In this document: piece after piece, positions 26,985 to 37,665 of the stretch
How the letters are laid out: every line of letters begins with the position of its first letter
Position numbering within the stretch: position 1 is the first letter of the stretch
The notes under the pieces: generated by a model
Databases searched by the model: none
The model's input: only the letters and a program-made list of their open reading frames with translations
What the model was told of the DNA's origin: nothing
From: Candidatus Uhrbacteria bacterium CG10_big_fil_rev_8_21_14_0_10_48_11
GTDB lineage: Bacteria > Patescibacteriota > Patescibacteriia > GWA2-46-9
Reading direction: 5' to 3'
DNA: 64,000 nt
Assembly (NCBI GenBank): GCA_002793855.1
Contig: PFET01000012.1
Location: 6,222 to 70,221 of the forward strand
Made by a program: the position numbers and the translations under genes

Positions 26985-28793
26985 TTAGTTCTGGCGAGTA
27001 GCAATTTGTGCTTGTACTCGAGAAATAAAATCAGCCAAGGTAATTTGCAATAACTCTTTTTCTCCGCGAACCCGCACAGAGAGTTGTGTACCGTCATCCC
27101 ATTTTCCCTCTTTAGGCGCCTCTTTGTCGCCAATCACCAATGCGTACGGCAGTTTCTCCGAAGCTGTTCGCCGTATCTTATTACCAACCGTGTCACCACT
27201 TTGATCAATGCTTACTCGTATACCTTCCGCTTCAAATTTTTCTGCAAGCATCAAGACGGCATCAAGATGCCCTTCGCCAACTGGCACCAAGCCAACCTGC
27301 ACCGGTGAAAGCCAAACCGGAAATGCTCCGGCAAAGTGCTCGATGATAATACCAATGAAGCGCTCCATTGAGCCGTAAATAACTCGATGGATGGCAACCG
27401 GCGTTTGTTTTTTTCCCTCTGCGTCAGTGTAATGCAAGTTAAAACGGCGCGGTTGCTGGAAGTCTAACTGAATGGTGCCCATCTGCCACTCCCTACCAAG
27501 GATGTCGCGCATAAGAATATCCACCTTCGGCCCATAGAAGGCACCATCACCATCAAGGACGGTAAATGCCTTACCACTCTTCAGTAGTATTTCTTTTAGT
27601 GTTCCCTCAGCACGATCCCACGTCTCACTATCTCCCATAAACTTTTCCGGCCGCGTTCCCATTCGGTACGAGTACTTGAGTCCAAAAATAGAGTAGAAGC
27701 GATCGACAATTTCAAAGACCCTAGCGTACTCATCACCGATCATATCCTCAGAAACAAAAATATGCGCATCGTCTTGGCGAAATTCACGAACCCTAAACAA
27801 CCCATTTAACGTACCCGAAAGTTCATTGCGATGAATCGGATCAGTGTCCGAAAAACGTAGTGGTAAATCACGATAGCTTCTTCCGCGCGAACCAAACACC
27901 ACCATGGCGTTTGGACAGTTCATGGCTTTAACCCCATACTCTTCCTCTTCGTCGGTTTTTGCCACAAACATATCCCCCCAATAATGTTCGCAATGACCAG
28001 AAGTGATGTAGAGTTCACGCTTATTAAGAAGCGGAGAAACAATTTCTTGGTAGCCGCGACGTCGATGCTCATCTCGCCAAAACTGGATAAGTTCGTTGTA
28101 GAGAACAACTCCCTTCGGTAGCCAGTACGGCATCCCAGGGGCGGTTTCGTGAAACATAAATAAATCAAGCTCTTGACCAAGTTTCCGGTGGTCACGCTTC
28201 TTTGCCTCTTCTATCATTGCAAGATGTTGAGAAAGGTCGCGTTCGGTTTCAAAAGCTACCCCATAGACACGTTGCAGCATTTTGTTCTTTTCGCTTCCTC
28301 TCCAGTACGCACCGGCAAGCTTAGTCAACTTGAACGCGCCTATTGCTTCGGTGCTTTTTACATGAGGTCCTCGACACAAATCGACAAAAGCCCCCGTTTC
28401 GTAAACTGAGGTAATCTCCTTTGCAGCCGGATCGATATCAAAAGACTCATCGGCCTCTACTTTTGTTGTCCCTTTATCGCGCAGCGCCTCTAATAGCTCA
28501 ACCTTATAGGGCTGCTTTTTCTCCTTAAAAAAGGCAATTGCTTCTCCAATTGGCATTTCTCTACGAACAAACGCTTCGTTTCGTTTTTTAATCTCCTCCA
28601 TTTTTTCTTCAATAGTCGACAGATTGTCGACCGAAAGCGACACGGGAAGATCAACGTCGTAGTAAAAACCATTTTCTACAACGGGACCGACACCAAATTG
28701 CGCGGTCGGGTAAAGCTCTTGCAATGCGGCGGCAAGTAGGTGCGCTGCTGAGTGGCGCATTGTTTCGACGGCTGAAAGTTTTGGTTCATTCAT
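26985..28793 (-). CDS. thrS: Threonine--tRNA ligase
   Basis: RHSAAHLL, DLCRGPH, RDHRKLG, MNCP, GAFYGPKVD, QLDFQ. Confidence 0.98.
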   Translation of the reverse strand: MNEPKLSAVETMRHSAAHLLAAALQELYPTAQFGVGPVVENGFYYDVDLPVSLSVDNLSTIEEKMEEIKKRNEAFVRREMPIGEAIAFFKEKKQPYKVELLEALRDKGTTKVEADESFDIDPAAKEITSVYETGAFVDLCRGPHVKSTEAIGAFKLTKLAGAYWRGSEKNKMLQRVYGVAFETERDLSQHLAMIEEAKKRDHRKLGQELDLFMFHETAPGMPYWLPKGVVLYNELIQFWRDEHRRRGYQEIVSPLLNKRELYITSGHCEHYWGDMFVAKTDEEEEYGVKAMNCPNAMVVFGSRGRSYRDLPLRFSDTDPIHRNELSGTLNGLFRVREFRQDDAHIFVSEDMIGDEYARVFEIVDRFYSIFGLKYSYRMGTRPEKFMGDSETWDRAEGTLKEILLKSGKAFTVLDGDGAFYGPKVDILMRDILGREWQMGTIQLDFQQPRRFNLHYTDAEGKKQTPVAIHRVIYGSMERFIGIIIEHFAGAFPVWLSPVQVGLVPVGEGHLDAVLMLAEKFEAEGIRVSIDQSGDTVGNKIRRTASEKLPYALVIGDKEAPKEGKWDDGTQLSVRVRGEKELLQITLADFISRVQAQIATRQN

Positions 28794-28804
28794 AGCGTAA
28801 AATT

Positions 28805-28995
28805 AAAAAAACCCAAAATCACAAATCGTGATTTTGGGACTTCGGTAAAATACCAAAGCGGTTCCACCCAAATTCCCCAACTGGGGCACTCATACAAACA
28901 GGCTTAGTCCTAGCGGAACGCATATACTGCGTACGGCGTTGGTAGCGCCGTCAGTTACCTGACTACACTATACGCCATCACCAATGCAGCGTCAA
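28805..28995 (-). promoter_or_regulatory. Promoter and compact transcriptional T-box riboswitch (Thr)
   Basis: TTGACG-17-TATAGT; hairpin with ACC in loop; T-box AATTTGGGTGGAACCGC; antiterminator shares CCCAAA with terminator CCCAAAATCAC-GATTT-GTGATTTTGGG-T7. Confidence 0.9.
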
Positions 28996-28996
28996 G

Positions 28997-30124
28997 CTAC
29001 TGAAAGCGCAGCTCTATTTTGCTCGGCAGCCTTGGTAAATGCTGCTGCCAGTAAGGAATAAGCTGCACCTCAACACTATCTATGCCTTCAAAGTGCGACA
29101 AAAATTGCTTGACCTCTGTCGGTGTCGCGCCTACAAAGTTGATTGGTGAGAAAACTGAGCTTGTGGTATCAAGCGCTGCGCCTACGGTAGCGATACCGCT
29201 AATGAGCGCTGTCCGCGCAATGGGATCATAGTCAGCGATAGTGTACTGCCAGTTATTCCCAACCATGCTCACTTGTCCACCGGCAGCATTTTTTACCACA
29301 TCGTTTAGCGCCTCTTTGCTAAAGGCGACTGCAATAACCCTTACGCGTAGTGTAGCCGTCAACGCCGCAGCACTATCCCCTGTCTTGCTCGAATAGTCTT
29401 CACTTAACGCGGTCGTAATAAAATCTGCATCGGTAAGATCACCACTAGCAACATGCGCACCGTCCGTACGCTTAACCGCATCAAGGGCACGACGCAACAA
29501 CGTCTGTTTAGCATTCTCAATGTCTTGATCGGTAACCTCGCGCACTACCGCACCACCGCGCACCATAGCAACCGAAGAGGTGGCGTAGATGTCCTTTTGT
29601 AAATTTGGCGACAAGCCTGGTATCGTAAAGTGGCTCGGCCCGACGAGGTAGCTATCTTCTGAACCGTCCGCTTCGACAACCGCACTAACCTGCCCACCGG
29701 CGGGAACCCGGACAGCTTGTGTCAAACGGAACAGGATATTGTCGGGTGTCAGCAATCGCGTTGTTTCAACCAATGGCTGCGCACGGTCACTAGTATTAAT
29801 AATAGTTACGATACCTCCAGCTTTCGCGGTTGGCTCAGGATTTTGCTGTAATAAAAACGTGTCTGATTCGTCCTTTGTGGTTTCTAAAAAGGTCGCAGAA
29901 ATGGCACCGTCTGGCAGCGTCTTTCCTATTGTTTCTTCTGCTAGCGTTGCCTTGTACGAAACATCCCGTTCAACCGGATGACGATGCACAACAATAACCG
30001 CTCGTGAAAGCGTTGTGTACGCAATAAACCCAAGCAAAATAACTGTTAACACCACGAAAGAAATCGCAATGTTTCTTAGTAGTTTCGCTTTCGTTGGTAG
30101 TAGTTCTAAATCCCCCATAGACAT
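28997..30124 (-). CDS. Hypothetical membrane-anchored protein (possibly baseplate-J-like fold)
   Basis: Single N-terminal TM; TRLLTPDNILFRL, FTIPGL segments; fold guess is recollection only. Confidence 0.65.
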   Translation of the reverse strand: MSMGDLELLPTKAKLLRNIAISFVVLTVILLGFIAYTTLSRAVIVVHRHPVERDVSYKATLAEETIGKTLPDGAISATFLETTKDESDTFLLQQNPEPTAKAGGIVTIINTSDRAQPLVETTRLLTPDNILFRLTQAVRVPAGGQVSAVVEADGSEDSYLVGPSHFTIPGLSPNLQKDIYATSSVAMVRGGAVVREVTDQDIENAKQTLLRRALDAVKRTDGAHVASGDLTDADFITTALSEDYSSKTGDSAAALTATLRVRVIAVAFSKEALNDVVKNAAGGQVSMVGNNWQYTIADYDPIARTALISGIATVGAALDTTSSVFSPINFVGATPTEVKQFLSHFEGIDSVEVQLIPYWQQHLPRLPSKIELRFQ

Positions 30125-30150
30125 AGCATAGCAAACTGTTAGAAAAGGTA

Positions 30151-33100
30151 CTAGACAAGCGACTCTTCTTCGTTTGACTCGGTGGTTGGTTCTGGCTCAC
30201 GGCGCTGAAAACGTAGCCGCTCCCATCGTTTGACGGTATCAGGAAACTGCTCCATCTCAAGAACCTCAACCGCGTCCGCAATAATTTGCACTTCGCCTTC
30301 GTGCCTTGCCACCTTTCCAGCTACCAGTACGATGTTGTCAGGCTCCCAGACCGTTGGTGACTTTTGGTACGTACTCGGAAACACGATAATCTCGGCACTA
30401 GCTGTAGCGTCAGACACTTTCACAAAACACATTAAGTCACCCTTCTTTGTAGTAATGCGCCGTACCGTATCAATAACCGCGCCCACACCAATAACGTCAT
30501 CGCTGCGATAAAACGGAAGATGGCCGACAGGAATGGTGAAAGGAGCAATACCGGAGGCAAATGCCTGAAGCGGGTGCTCTGTTACGTAAAGCCCAAGCAA
30601 CTCCCGCTCCCAGGTAAGACATTGCTTTGTATCCGCTGGCGGGACCTCTTCTAGTATTAATGGTAGGGGTGCGTTCATTGCTTCGCCAAACAGGGTCGCC
30701 TGTCGGCTCGCCGCGGCGGTTGCGGCCGCTCGATTGTAACGCAACATAGCTTCCGTCCCATTAAGTAATTGCTGCCGCTCTCCCCACTCGTCAAGACAGC
30801 CTGACTTAATTGCGCTCTCAAGAAACCGCTTGTTAAAATTCTTCGTCTGCATTCGTAAAAGAAAATCTTCTAACGAGGCGAACGGACCATTCTCTTTGCG
30901 CTCTTCAATAAGCGCGCGCGCTACATCCTCGCCAACGTTTTTAATAGCCAAAAGACCAAAGCGAATGTGCTGCTCGTCAAGCCAGGTAAAATGTTCGTAA
31001 CTCTCGTTGACGTTAGGCGGCAATACTTCGATACCCATGCGGCGACATTCGGCAACAATTTCCCCAACCTTATCTAGGTTGTGACTCTCGGCACGCAGGA
31101 CCGCCGTCATATACGCGCAAGGGTAGTTTGCTTTAAGGTACGCGGTTTGGTAGGCAACAATGCCGTAGCTGGCGGCGTGGCTCTTGTTGAACCCATAGGC
31201 GGCAAACGGCTCAATCAGTTTCCAAAGCTCTTCCGCTTTGGGACCGGTAAGTTTACTGGTGTTCATACAGCCACTAATAAAGCGCTCTTTTTCTGCCGCC
31301 ATCACTGCCGGAATTTTTTTACCCATCGCTCTACGCAGCGTGTCGGCCTCCTCCCAACTATAGCCAGCAATCTCAATCGCAATTAACAGTACGTCATCCT
31401 GATAGGTAACAATACCGTACGACCGCTCTAGGATAGACTTTAACCGCGGGTCAAGGTAGGTAATTTTGCGCGCATTGTGTTTGCGCTCAATATACTGAGG
31501 AATGTTACTCATCGGCCCCGGACGAAAAAGTGCAACCATGGCCATAATATCGTGAATGGTTGTTGGTCGTAGCTCTTTAAGATACCGAGTCATACCAGAA
31601 CCTGACAGCTGGAAAAGACCTATGGTTTCACCTCTGGCCAAAAGCTCATACGTTTTTTTGTCGTCTAGAGGTAAGTCGTTAATATTAATCTCAACGTTGT
31701 ATATCTTTTTGATGAGTTTGACCGCGCCCCCCAAAATAGCCAAGTTGCGAATACCAAGAAAATCCATTTTCAGTATGCCAATATCTTCTACGGCGTGCAT
31801 TTCATATTGAGTGATTACTTTTTCACCGCCGGCTTCCCGCTGTAATGGCATAAAATCAACCAATGGACCGGGAGTAATAACAACTCCGGCGGCATGCACC
31901 GACGCGTGGCGAACACACCCCTCAACCTTACGCGCCAAATCAAGCAGCCTGCCAACTTCCGGATCGGTTTCGTACCTCCTTCTTAGCTCCGGCTCAATCT
32001 CAAGAGCTTTATCAATCGACATTGGAAAACCCTGTGAACCAACGGGTATCGTTTTTGCTACCTTGTCGCAAAGAGCGTAAGGGTAGCCAAGCACGCGGCC
32101 GATATCTCGAACGGCGGCTCTTGCTTGCATTGTTCCGAAGGTAACAATTTGTGCTACCCGATCTTCGCCATACTTCTCTTTGACGTGGGCGATAACTTCG
32201 TCTCGCCGATCATCGGCAAAATCCATATCGATATCCGGCGGCGTCGGACGCCACTCGTTCAAAAATCGTTCGAAAGGAAGCCGATAGATTAACGGGTCTA
32301 CCGTGGTAATGCCCAGACTAAAAGCTACTAGTGAACCTGCGGCCGAACCTCTAGTGGTTGCCACAATACCTTCAGCTCTTGTCCAGTTTGCAAAATCGGC
32401 GACCACCAAAAAATAGGTCGCGTAACCTTTCTTCTTAATGATGCCAAGCTCATAGCGTAAGCGCTCTTCGGTCTCCGGAGCAATAGTGCCAAAATGATTT
32501 GTGAGACCTTGGTGCGCTAACGCATCAAGGTATTCATCTGCAGTCTTCCCTGTTGGTATGGCAAAGTCTGGAAAAATCCAGGTACCAAGTTTTAGCTCGA
32601 CATTGCAGCGGTCAGCAATCTCAGCAGACCGCTCAACTGCGGCAAGGTCATCAGGAAAGGCGGCGACCATTTCTTCCGGACTTGCAAAATGCAAATCGGT
32701 TGCGGTCATGCGCAGTCGATTGGTATCGCTAATTAACTTCCCTGTCTGCACGCAGAGCAATGCATCCTGCGCCTCGGCGTCCTCCTTATCTAAATAGTGA
32801 CTGTCTTTGGTAGCCACAAGAGAGATACCCGTTTCTTCAGCTAAACGATGCAGTCCACTGTTTGTTTTTACCTGTTCAGTAAGCGAAGGGTGACTCTGAA
32901 TTTCAAAATAAAAATTTTGCTCACCAAAGATAGAACGATAGACCAGCGCCACCTTACGCGCCGCTTCGTAGTCGTCTGCTAGCAATGCCTGTGCAACCTC
33001 TCCGCCAAGACAACCAGAAAGCGCGATGAGACCGCCAGAGTAACGGCGCAATACCTCGTGGTCAACCCTCGGCTTATAGTAAAACCCCTCAAGATGCGCC

Positions 33101-33423
33101 AAGGTAACTAATTTTAGTAGGTTGTGGTAACCCTCCTGATTTTCGGCGAGCAAGGTTAGATGATAGCTGCTGTCGTCAATCCGCGCACGTTTATCGGTTA
33201 AACGATTTGTGGCAACATAGGCCTCTACACCAATGATAGGCTTAATCCCCGCCTTCTTTGCCGCCTTGTAAAATTCAACCACTCCGTAGAGAACGCCATG
33301 GTCAGTAATTGCTAACGCTTCCATACCACGTTTTTTGGTCGCCGCTACCAGCTGGGGAATCTTCGGAAGCCCATCAAGCAAACTATAATGACTGTGCGTA
33401 TGCAGATGAACAAATCTTGCCAT
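30151..33423 (-). CDS. dnaE: DNA polymerase III alpha subunit
   Basis: HLHTHSHYSLLDG PHP domain, RGSAAGS, PDIDMDF, FAAYGFNKSH. Confidence 0.98.
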   Translation of the reverse strand: MARFVHLHTHSHYSLLDGLPKIPQLVAATKKRGMEALAITDHGVLYGVVEFYKAAKKAGIKPIIGVEAYVATNRLTDKRARIDDSSYHLTLLAENQEGYHNLLKLVTLAHLEGFYYKPRVDHEVLRRYSGGLIALSGCLGGEVAQALLADDYEAARKVALVYRSIFGEQNFYFEIQSHPSLTEQVKTNSGLHRLAEETGISLVATKDSHYLDKEDAEAQDALLCVQTGKLISDTNRLRMTATDLHFASPEEMVAAFPDDLAAVERSAEIADRCNVELKLGTWIFPDFAIPTGKTADEYLDALAHQGLTNHFGTIAPETEERLRYELGIIKKKGYATYFLVVADFANWTRAEGIVATTRGSAAGSLVAFSLGITTVDPLIYRLPFERFLNEWRPTPPDIDMDFADDRRDEVIAHVKEKYGEDRVAQIVTFGTMQARAAVRDIGRVLGYPYALCDKVAKTIPVGSQGFPMSIDKALEIEPELRRRYETDPEVGRLLDLARKVEGCVRHASVHAAGVVITPGPLVDFMPLQREAGGEKVITQYEMHAVEDIGILKMDFLGIRNLAILGGAVKLIKKIYNVEININDLPLDDKKTYELLARGETIGLFQLSGSGMTRYLKELRPTTIHDIMAMVALFRPGPMSNIPQYIERKHNARKITYLDPRLKSILERSYGIVTYQDDVLLIAIEIAGYSWEEADTLRRAMGKKIPAVMAAEKERFISGCMNTSKLTGPKAEELWKLIEPFAAYGFNKSHAASYGIVAYQTAYLKANYPCAYMTAVLRAESHNLDKVGEIVAECRRMGIEVLPPNVNESYEHFTWLDEQHIRFGLLAIKNVGEDVARALIEERKENGPFASLEDFLLRMQTKNFNKRFLESAIKSGCLDEWGERQQLLNGTEAMLRYNRAAATAAASRQATLFGEAMNAPLPLILEEVPPADTKQCLTWERELLGLYVTEHPLQAFASGIAPFTIPVGHLPFYRSDDVIGVGAVIDTVRRITTKKGDLMCFVKVSDATASAEIIVFPSTYQKSPTVWEPDNIVLVAGKVARHEGEVQIIADAVEVLEMEQFPDTVKRWERLRFQRREPEPTTESNEEESLV

Positions 33424-33495
33424 ATTACTCTACCAAGAGACGAAAGCCCCGACGAGCGGGGCAATAGATAACAACACCGTGGCTTGGCGAAACGT

Positions 33496-33807
33496 TCATG
33501 TCGCAGAATTTCGTTTACGTTTTGCACTGCTACGTGGTCGTTCGGCCTTTCGCCCAATAAAAAAGGTTGCCACTCTGGTCACCCCTTCAACGAGCAGCTG
33601 CAATGAGGTGGATGCGTGCTCTGCTTTTTCGCTTACCAATGAAATAAAGCGATCAATTACTGCCAACCGCTCACGAAGTTCGGTAAACGTTCGATGGGCA
33701 TCACGAAGTAACATCACGACGTAGTACAGCATCCAGGCAATAAATACCGTTAGCCAAAGCGTGCAGAACGCAAGAATGAAATTAAGAATATCGTGGCTTG
33801 TATACAT
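33496..33807 (-). CDS. Hypothetical small membrane protein
   Basis: N-terminal TM then amphipathic helix; follows pheT. Confidence 0.7.
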   Translation of the reverse strand: MYTSHDILNFILAFCTLWLTVFIAWMLYYVVMLLRDAHRTFTELRERLAVIDRFISLVSEKAEHASTSLQLLVEGVTRVATFFIGRKAERPRSSAKRKRNSAT

Positions 33808-33816
33808 AGTTGAATG

Positions 33817-36192
33817 TTAGCGAATACGAATCTGCTGCTTATTTAGTGCCTTCTCAATTTTCTTCTCCACCTCGGCAACCTCTTCGGTGGTTAGCGTCCT
33901 GTCGTTACTGCGCAACGTGAAGTGCAAACTATAGCTGTACTCTCCTGCCTTTAGTCGGTCACCCTTGTAAATATCAAAAAGCTCTATCTCGGTAACCAAT
34001 GGAGAAACGCTACGAATACTATCCACCATATCACTATAGCTAATGTTGCCCCCCATCACAAGGCTCATATCTCGTTTAACTGCAGGAAATTTTGGAACCG
34101 CCTGAAAAGGCATTTGCCCCTTTCTTGCTGTAATGTCGTCAAGTTTTAAATCAAACGCCGCAGCTGACAGTGAAACGCCAAGTGCTTTCAAAAAAGGTGG
34201 CAACAAAATACCCAAGGTACCAATTTGTTTTCCTGCGGCCACGACTCGAACTGCGGCACCGGGCGCAAAAGGATACGGTGCATCTGCTAAAAAGGACGGT
34301 TCTATTCCTCGCTGGCGCAATACTGTTTCCACTGTTCCTTTCGCTATTTGATAGAGGCGTTCAGTGCTCGCTCCTGATTCTGAAACAAGCCCTGAGAGGT
34401 GCACTTCTTCTGTACGGTAACGATCAATTGCCTCTTTCCCTTTGCCGCCCGGAACGTACACTTTCGCCATTTCAAAAATGTTAACGGTGTCATAGGCGCT
34501 CATATTTTTTTCAACGACATCTACCAGAGAAGCAAGAAGGCTCGGGCGCATAACTGCAAGGTCGTTATTGAGCGGGTTAGCAACTCGCAGTGAAGAAGCC
34601 TCGTTTATATTGAGCGCGCTAAGCATTTTTTTGCTAATGAGCGAGTAGCTGTATGTTTCGGTAAACCCCATTGCGCGTAATTCCTCCTTTATTTCTGCCT
34701 CGTTACTAAACCGCAGGTCAGAAAAATCTCTGCCAATCGATGAGCTCGGCGGCAAAAGACCGGCAATGTTGTGGTAACCGTACAAGCGAGCCACTTCTTC
34801 GACCACGTCTTCGGACGCTACAACATCTTGATCACGCCAGTAAGGAACGCTTACCTTTACCACCGAACCGCTACCGCTAACCCCAAAACCCAAGCGCTGA
34901 AGTAGCTGGCGGACACGGGAGGTAGGAATGTGCACACCAAGAAGTCGAACCAAGTCGACAACGGGGAAATGGATAGCTACCTGTTTCTGTTTCTGCTTTC
35001 CCCACACATCAACAACCGCACCTCGCTGATCCCCTCCACACAAGGTACGACACAAGGCGACAGCTCGAGCAAGGGCCTCTTCAGGCGCCACCGGAGAAAG
35101 CCCTTTTTTAAACAACCGTGACGCGTCGGAATCAAGCTGCAACTTACGGCTTGTTTTTCGAACATCGACGGCATCCCATGTTGCCGCTTCAAAAAGTATG
35201 TTCTTCGTTTTTGTCGTAACACCTGACAGCTCGCCACCCATAATGCCGGCAATATCAACAGGACCATCATCGTCTGCGTTCACCAGCTCACCTCCAGCCA
35301 AACTATGGGTTCTGCCATCCAAGGTTAAGATTTTTTCTCCTTTCTCTGCCGGACGAATAACCAAAGCACCCTTTAGCTTATCGGCATCGAACGCATGTAA
35401 TGGTTGTCCATACTCGAGCATGACATAGTTGGTAATATCGACAATGGTATTAATAGGTCGAACACCAGAGCGAATCAATCGTTCTTGCATCCATAGGGGC
35501 GCATTGCCAACACTAATCCCTTCAACGTAGGTCGCCATAAAACGACGACAGCGTACGCGATCTTGAACGTGAATTGATAACGGTAACTTGCTACGACCAG
35601 TGCTGCGAGCAGTCTTCGGCAACCTTAGGGGCTTACCAGTAATGGCGCTAAGTTCTCGCGCAACACCAATGACCGAAGCGATGTCCGGACGATTGGTTGT
35701 CGGTTCAACCTCTAAAAGATCGTCTTCCTCTTTACCCTCAGAAACGATTGACGCTCCTAAAATGGCAGACGGATGGAGCACTAAAATAAGATTATCGTGT
35801 TCACGAAGGCCAAGCTCACTTGAAGCGCAGAGCATCCCCTCTGACTGAACACCGCGAACACTTCTAGCTTCAATAGTGAGCCCGTTCGGCAATACTGCTC
35901 CGGGTAGCGCTAAGGGTACTTTTTGACCAACGGCAATGTTAGGGGCGCCACAAACAATAGTTTTCACTTTGCCTGTTCCTGTTTGCACTTTTGCAATTTG
36001 CAACTTGTCGGCGTTTGGATGCGGTTCGACGCTTACTATTTGCGCAACCACTACATTGCTAAACTCGTAACGAGCATGTTCGATTCGGTCAATGGTCACC
36101 CCGTGCAAAGACAGCAAGGAAGCCGCCTCTTTTGGGTCTTTGGGGACGTCAAGGTAATCGCTAAGCCAGTGGTAAGGTAGAGTAAACTGCAT
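33817..36192 (-). CDS. pheT: Phenylalanine--tRNA ligase beta subunit
   Basis: HPNADKL, VCGAPN, VDITNYVMLEYGQPLHAFD, EEVARLYGY, RTLT. Confidence 0.97.
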   Translation of the reverse strand: MQFTLPYHWLSDYLDVPKDPKEAASLLSLHGVTIDRIEHARYEFSNVVVAQIVSVEPHPNADKLQIAKVQTGTGKVKTIVCGAPNIAVGQKVPLALPGAVLPNGLTIEARSVRGVQSEGMLCASSELGLREHDNLILVLHPSAILGASIVSEGKEEDDLLEVEPTTNRPDIASVIGVARELSAITGKPLRLPKTARSTGRSKLPLSIHVQDRVRCRRFMATYVEGISVGNAPLWMQERLIRSGVRPINTIVDITNYVMLEYGQPLHAFDADKLKGALVIRPAEKGEKILTLDGRTHSLAGGELVNADDDGPVDIAGIMGGELSGVTTKTKNILFEAATWDAVDVRKTSRKLQLDSDASRLFKKGLSPVAPEEALARAVALCRTLCGGDQRGAVVDVWGKQKQKQVAIHFPVVDLVRLLGVHIPTSRVRQLLQRLGFGVSGSGSVVKVSVPYWRDQDVVASEDVVEEVARLYGYHNIAGLLPPSSSIGRDFSDLRFSNEAEIKEELRAMGFTETYSYSLISKKMLSALNINEASSLRVANPLNNDLAVMRPSLLASLVDVVEKNMSAYDTVNIFEMAKVYVPGGKGKEAIDRYRTEEVHLSGLVSESGASTERLYQIAKGTVETVLRQRGIEPSFLADAPYPFAPGAAVRVVAAGKQIGTLGILLPPFLKALGVSLSAAAFDLKLDDITARKGQMPFQAVPKFPAVKRDMSLVMGGNISYSDMVDSIRSVSPLVTEIELFDIYKGDRLKAGEYSYSLHFTLRSNDRTLTTEEVAEVEKKIEKALNKQQIRIR

Positions 36193-36202
36193 ATCGCAAA
36201 AC

Positions 36203-37219
36203 TTAGAATTGCTGAAGGAAACGCATATCGTTTTCGTAGAGTATGCGTATATCTGGAATGCTAAGACCGCTACGCATAAGCATGGTTCGCTCTACGCCCC
36301 AACCAAAAGCGAGGCCGGAAATTTTTTTCGGATTTAGCTTGGCGGCCTTAAGCACATTTGGATGCAGCATACCGGCGCCGCCAAGCTCCACCCAACCTTG
36401 TTTACAGAGTCGGCAGCCCTTCCCGTTGCAGACCCCACAGCTAATATCAACCTCAAAACTCGGTTCGGTAAAACGAAAATGGTAGGGTCGGAGGCGAACC
36501 TCACGTTCTGTGCCAAAGTAAGCTTTTACGAAAAACTCGAGAACACCTTTGAGGTGTTGAAACGTAACACCCTCGGCGGCATAGACCCCGTCAAACTGGT
36601 GAAAGACGGGTGTGTGTGACGCATCTGATTGGCGTCGGTAGCATTTTTGTATATTGATGGAGCGGACCGGTAGGGGCAGCGTCGCCAGCGACCGTGCTGT
36701 TCCTGAGGTACCATGCGGCGTAAGCATAAAACGATAGTCACCACTTGGTTTCGCGTCCATAAAGAATGTCTCCCACTCATCTCGGGCAGGATGGTCTGCC
36801 GGCATATTAAGCGCTTCAAAAGGAAACCATTCGGTTTCAATATCAGGATGGCGAACCCGCGTAAACCCAATCTGTTTAAAAATAGCGGCAATTTCTTCTA
36901 TCGCTTTGGTTACCAAATGAAGATGTCCGGTCTCGGGAGAAATGCCGGGTAACGTCGTATCGATGGCAATTTCGCCGCCTTCGATACGGTCTACCGCGTC
37001 GCTTAACAACTGTTCTATTTCTTGGCGCGCACTATTGGCCGCACCACCAACCTGTGGTCGCTCCCTAACTGGTAACTCTTTCACGCCACGCAGAAGTGTT
37101 GTCAATTTTCCTTGCCTGCCAAGATACTCAAGACGAATCGACTCTATGACATTACTGGTTTTTGCTTCTTGGATTGCTAAGCGTGCTTCCGACAAAAGCG
37201 TGTCAATTTGCTTTATCAT
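36203..37219 (-). CDS. pheS: Phenylalanine--tRNA ligase alpha subunit
   Basis: HPARD, FHQFDG, FRFTEPS, ELGGAGM, GLAFGWGVER. Confidence 0.96.
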   Translation of the reverse strand: MIKQIDTLLSEARLAIQEAKTSNVIESIRLEYLGRQGKLTTLLRGVKELPVRERPQVGGAANSARQEIEQLLSDAVDRIEGGEIAIDTTLPGISPETGHLHLVTKAIEEIAAIFKQIGFTRVRHPDIETEWFPFEALNMPADHPARDEWETFFMDAKPSGDYRFMLTPHGTSGTARSLATLPLPVRSINIQKCYRRQSDASHTPVFHQFDGVYAAEGVTFQHLKGVLEFFVKAYFGTEREVRLRPYHFRFTEPSFEVDISCGVCNGKGCRLCKQGWVELGGAGMLHPNVLKAAKLNPKKISGLAFGWGVERTMLMRSGLSIPDIRILYENDMRFLQQF

Positions 37220-37605
37220 ACGTTCCGTCCTCGTCCTTGATAAGCAATCACCGCAAATTCAAGAAACGTAAGCGCGGCAATCAAGAAAAACATATTCCAC
37301 CAAGTCAATAATTGCTTGCTTTGCAAAAAAAGAGCGGCAATGACTAAAAAAGAAAAGGAGAAAGCCTGCCGAAAAGAAATAGTGACCTGCCGATATACCA
37401 GTTCGTTTTTAAAAAAAAGACGACGCAATAATAACCCCAGTAGAGAAAACGTGCCAGTCAGCGCCAAGTAAAGTGCAAGGTAGAAGACACTAAATCCTAA
37501 CCAACCAGCGGTCAATGGATCTAAAAAAAGAACAACTAAAATCCAGGCCGCCCAAGTCAGAACCGTACCAATGAACATTAACGTTGCGTATTGTTTCAGT
37601 GCCAT
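37216..37605 (-). CDS. Hypothetical four-TM membrane protein
   Basis: 129 aa hydrophobic; ATGA overlap with pheS. Confidence 0.75.
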   Translation of the reverse strand: MALKQYATLMFIGTVLTWAAWILVVLFLDPLTAGWLGFSVFYLALYLALTGTFSLLGLLLRRLFFKNELVYRQVTISFRQAFSFSFLVIAALFLQSKQLLTWWNMFFLIAALTFLEFAVIAYQGRGRNV

Positions 37606-37665
37606 AAAGCAAAGTAATCTGTATACACACGATACCAGAATTTCTCCCGTTACTCAACGCATCTA

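Noticed and set aside
28997-30124. Possible prophage or contractile-tail gene
   Set aside because: No other phage genes; membrane-anchored and flanked by dnaE and thrS
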